From the NCBI GenBank assembly GCA_032718475.1, contig JAUCBJ010002152.1, positions 1-64,000 on the forward strand: a stretch of 64,000 nucleotides of DNA, given 5' to 3'. Shown in pieces: positions 61,990 through 64,000 of the stretch (positions are counted from its first letter, which is position 1; the number at the start of each line of letters is the position of its first letter). The DNA is from Nemertoderma westbladi. Taxonomy: Eukaryota; Animalia; Xenacoelomorpha. Below the pieces are notes generated by a model. The model saw only the letters and a program-made list of their open reading frames with translations, did not search any database and was not told the origin of the DNA. The position numbers and the translations under genes were made by a program.

Positions 61990-62750
61990 TGTTAATCATG
62001 TAATGTTCTGATAGTAGCCAAGATTTCAAAGCTCGGTTGAATTGATATTTCTTAGGAAAGATGCATATATCGTTTGGAATTTCATTCCAAATTACAGGGC
62101 CCTGGTATTGTATCGAAAATTGGCCCCTAGCTGTATTGAATCTAGGAATAAAATATTTGTTACTTGTAGTTAGTTGAACGAGTACCGTATCTATGTACTG
62201 TATTGGAGAGTCTAAATAGACTAGATATACCTACAGGAAGATTGTTAGAGCTAGCATCATACATAGTTTACCTACATTATATTTATACAGTAGATTGTTA
62301 GAGCTAGCATCATACATAGTTTACCTACATTATATTTATACATTAGATTCACAGGTAAGACAGTTAAGTTCTTGTATATTGGAAAGGAGTGGGCTTTCCA
62401 GTCACTAAAAGTTATTCCACGCACAATCTTATTTACTTGAGTTCTGATTTTAGAGATATTTATTATTATATTTATTATTATTATATTTAGAGATATATTT
62501 ATTATAAGTACAACCCCATAGTTCTATACCATAATTTAATTTACTATGTATTAGACTAAAGTAGATAGTTTTTAATACAAATAATGGCAGGATGTGACGA
62601 ATAAGTAAGAAAATATGTGATCGCATGAGCTGTCCAACTTAATAATTTATCAATATATATACCCAAATATTTAACAACGTCCTGTTTTTCGATAATTGTA
62701 TTCCTAATTTTGACCTTTGGTGCTGCTTCAATGATTCTAGGATTAGAGGT
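61990..62750 (-). mobile_element. Degenerate CR1/L2-group LINE 3' remnant
   Basis: Minus strand reads F..QYQGPVIWNEIP and VKYLGIYID-like motifs. Confidence 0.55.
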
Positions 62751-62953
62751 CGATAAACTATATACAGTTTTACTCAGGTTGAGGGATAGTTTATTTACAG
62801 CGCACCAATCACTTAGTTCACATAATTCAATATTTGTATTTCTTATTAATAATTCTTATTTCTTATTAATTTTAATATCTGTTACCATCACAAAGCATCC
62901 CCCATCTGTAAACAGTACCAAAGTATTTTGAATGTTTAGTTTAAAAGTTTGAA

Positions 62954-63876
62954 TTGTTTGGTTTAAAACAAATTATTCGAGATTCTACCAGAATTACCAG
63001 TAAAACTTCTACTTTACTAGATCACATCCTTTGTAATAATACCGATATTATTTCTCAATCTGGGGTTTTACCAATAGGTCTAAGCGATCATTTTATAGTT
63101 TTCTGCACAAGAAAGACACAAAAATCTTTTTTCGGGGATCATAAAACAGTAACAGTTAGGTCTATGAAAAATTACAGCAAGGAACGCTTTTTAAGTTTGT
63201 TAGTTAATTCTGACTGGGAACCCTGTTTTAAGGCCGCTGACATTAACCTTGCGTACACTGTTTTTAAAGATATATTTCTAAAGGCGCTTAATACTGTAGC
63301 ACTAATTAAAGAAATTCGTCTTAAACAACGCACTGAGCCCTGGATGACCTCGGGTATTCTTAGTAATATACAGAGAAAGAGATAACTCTTTGTATAAATT
63401 TAGGAAATACCGTGTTTTAGCTGATTATAATAATTACTGCAAATATAGAAACCTTGTCCAACGGGAAATAAAAAAAGCTAAATCTGAATATTTGTACAAC
63501 AAAATAAGTGAGAAAAAGATAATCCTAAAAGTCTATGGTCTACCCTAAAATCTTTAGGTTATAAAAACCTTAAATCTAAATCGAATATTGTTCTGCAAGA
63601 TAACGGTGAGCTGATTCATGATCATACTCTAATTAGTAATTTATTTAATAATTATTTTACTAATGTTGCCTCTAATTTAGTTAAGAAGTTACCGTTATCA
63701 AGTAATAAATATAGTATAGGGTCCGAAACTCTAAATAATTTTTATTTAGAAAAGTTACAAAATTCAGAAAAGTTATTTTTAAAACCCGTTTCTGAGGATT
63801 TCGTTTTTCAAAATCTACTTAGCCTATCAGCCTCAAAAAGTACCGGTCTAGACCTAATACCTGCCCGTTTTCTTAA
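62954..63876 (+). mobile_element. CR1/L2-group LINE ORF2 fragment (endonuclease end to RT start)
   Basis: TRITSKTSTLLDHI, GLSDH, EPWMT, FNNYFTNV, KSTGLDLIPARFL. Confidence 0.85.
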
Positions 63877-64000
63877 CCCTTTCAGCCCATGGCATATATC
63901 TATGCCACCACTAAATGCTCCATGGCATATATTTATGCCATGGTTATCCTTTGAGATGTACGGCTTGTTTGTTTTGTAGAGCAGTACTAGGGATGTTCTG
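63877..64000. mobile_element. Probable piggyBac-type element end running out of the window
   Basis: TTAA|CCCTTTCAGCCC interrupts the LINE frame; short direct repeats follow. Confidence 0.55.

Overview
AT-rich animal (probably invertebrate) genomic DNA made almost entirely of nested mobile elements. The centrepiece is a structurally complete but mutationally decayed Maverick/Polinton (18030-46487). It has ~470-bp AGTAGT...ACTACT TIRs and a 6-bp TSD (AAGGCG). It encodes pPolB, rve integrase, A32 ATPase, a double-jelly-roll MCP, two penton-like genes, an adenain protease and core-like proteins, plus accessory genes: RING finger, TATA-binding-protein-like and PC4-like. Inside it are a young gag-only Bel/Pao LTR element, a tRNA-SINE and a 2.83-kb tandem duplication, and it appears to sit inside a TA-flanked TIR transposon. 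The left end of the window holds the 3' part of a Bel/Pao retrotransposon. Between its integrase and 3' LTR (the env position) lies an extra, now disrupted ORF with a DEDDy (WRN/RNase D/EXD-type) 3'-5' exonuclease domain and CCHC zinc knuckles. That ORF and the Maverick TBP/PC4 pair are the most novel-looking items. The rest comprises piggyBac-, P- and pogo-type elements, Helentron-like repeats, RTE and CR1/L2-type LINE fragments, minisatellites, a long palindrome and one probable host gene (secreted/GPI-anchored Cys-rich protein). All family assignments come from motif recognition by eye; no searches were run.
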